From Octopus sinensis (Eukaryota): a DNA stretch of 19,979 bases. Positions 19,381 through 19,979 of this stretch are shown here, one piece after another; within the stretch, counting starts at the first letter, position 1; every line of letters starts with the position of its first letter. The notes below the pieces were generated by a model. It ran no database searches. It was not told the origin of the DNA and saw only the letters and a list, made by a program, of their open reading frames with translations. Location: assembly GCF_006345805.1 (NCBI RefSeq), contig NW_021824031.1:1-19979 (forward strand), written 5' to 3'. The translations under genes and the position numbers were made by a program.

Positions 19381-19689
19381 TGTTGTATGTATTATATGCA
19401 TACATACACCAATACCGATCTATATATAGGTACATATAGGACGAAGTGAAACGATATTTATACACACTCATACACACGTACACACACAGAGCACACATAT
19501 AAATACACCTACGTGCAGGCGCAGATAAACATGATGAAATATATATATAAAACTATAAGAAACTGTGTATGAGTTTAGGTTTTAAAAACGAATAGATAAA
19601 TAAAAAGCAATAAAAAAAGAGAAATAAACTAAATGCAAGTAAAATATAGGAATAAAACAGAAGCATAGGTTACTATATACATTTACGCA

Positions 19690-19713
19690 TACATACATAT
19701 AAATGCGTATGCA

Positions 19714-19763
<50 letters not shown>

Positions 19764-19862
19764 CATAAACGCGCTCACGCGTCAGATACACGCACGCATA
19801 TTTACTTATATGTACATAGACAGAGATATGCTTACACAGATGTGTGCTTGTGTGTGTGTGTT

Positions 19863-19897
<35 letters not shown>

Positions 19898-19940
19898 CTG
19901 TGTGTGGTGTGTGTGTGGTGTGTGTGTGTGTGTGTGTGTG
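19690..19940. repeat. (TA)n and (TG)n microsatellites
   Basis: Direct reading. Confidence 0.95.
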
Positions 19941-19979
19941 CAGGAATAACGGGTAGTAGATATATGAATCCAGAAATAC

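Noticed and set aside
1919-19791. Numerous listed ORFs rich in YI, VC, MYVC, SIYL, poly-H or poly-M
   Set aside because: They are translations of (TA)n, (TG)n, (TACA)n, (GATA)n and (ATC)n tracts, which lack stop codons in some frames.

Overview
This is AT-rich, microsatellite-dense eukaryotic DNA. I infer coleoid cephalopod, most likely Octopus, because the SINE and MITE sequences match my recollection of octopus repeats; I could not check this against a database. I found no intact host gene, RNA gene or CRISPR array, and most listed ORFs are translations of simple repeats. The window is a transposable-element graveyard. It holds three tRNA-derived SINE groups (A, B, C; my labels), a mariner-derived MITE, a 283-bp foldback element and fragments of an R4/Dong-like (REL-endonuclease) LINE. 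It also holds an internally deleted Helitron at 15883-18934 with both termini and a decayed PIF1 helicase, plus a second, inverted partial copy of that Helitron at about 1195-1846. The best-supported structure is a nested series at about 15.7-19.4 kb: a LINE interrupted by the Helitron, which is itself interrupted by a SINE and by the foldback element. The second Helitron copy supplies the empty sites that confirm the inner insertions. The most novel-looking inference is a LINE that may target (TACA)n microsatellites. I found no convincing new biological system.
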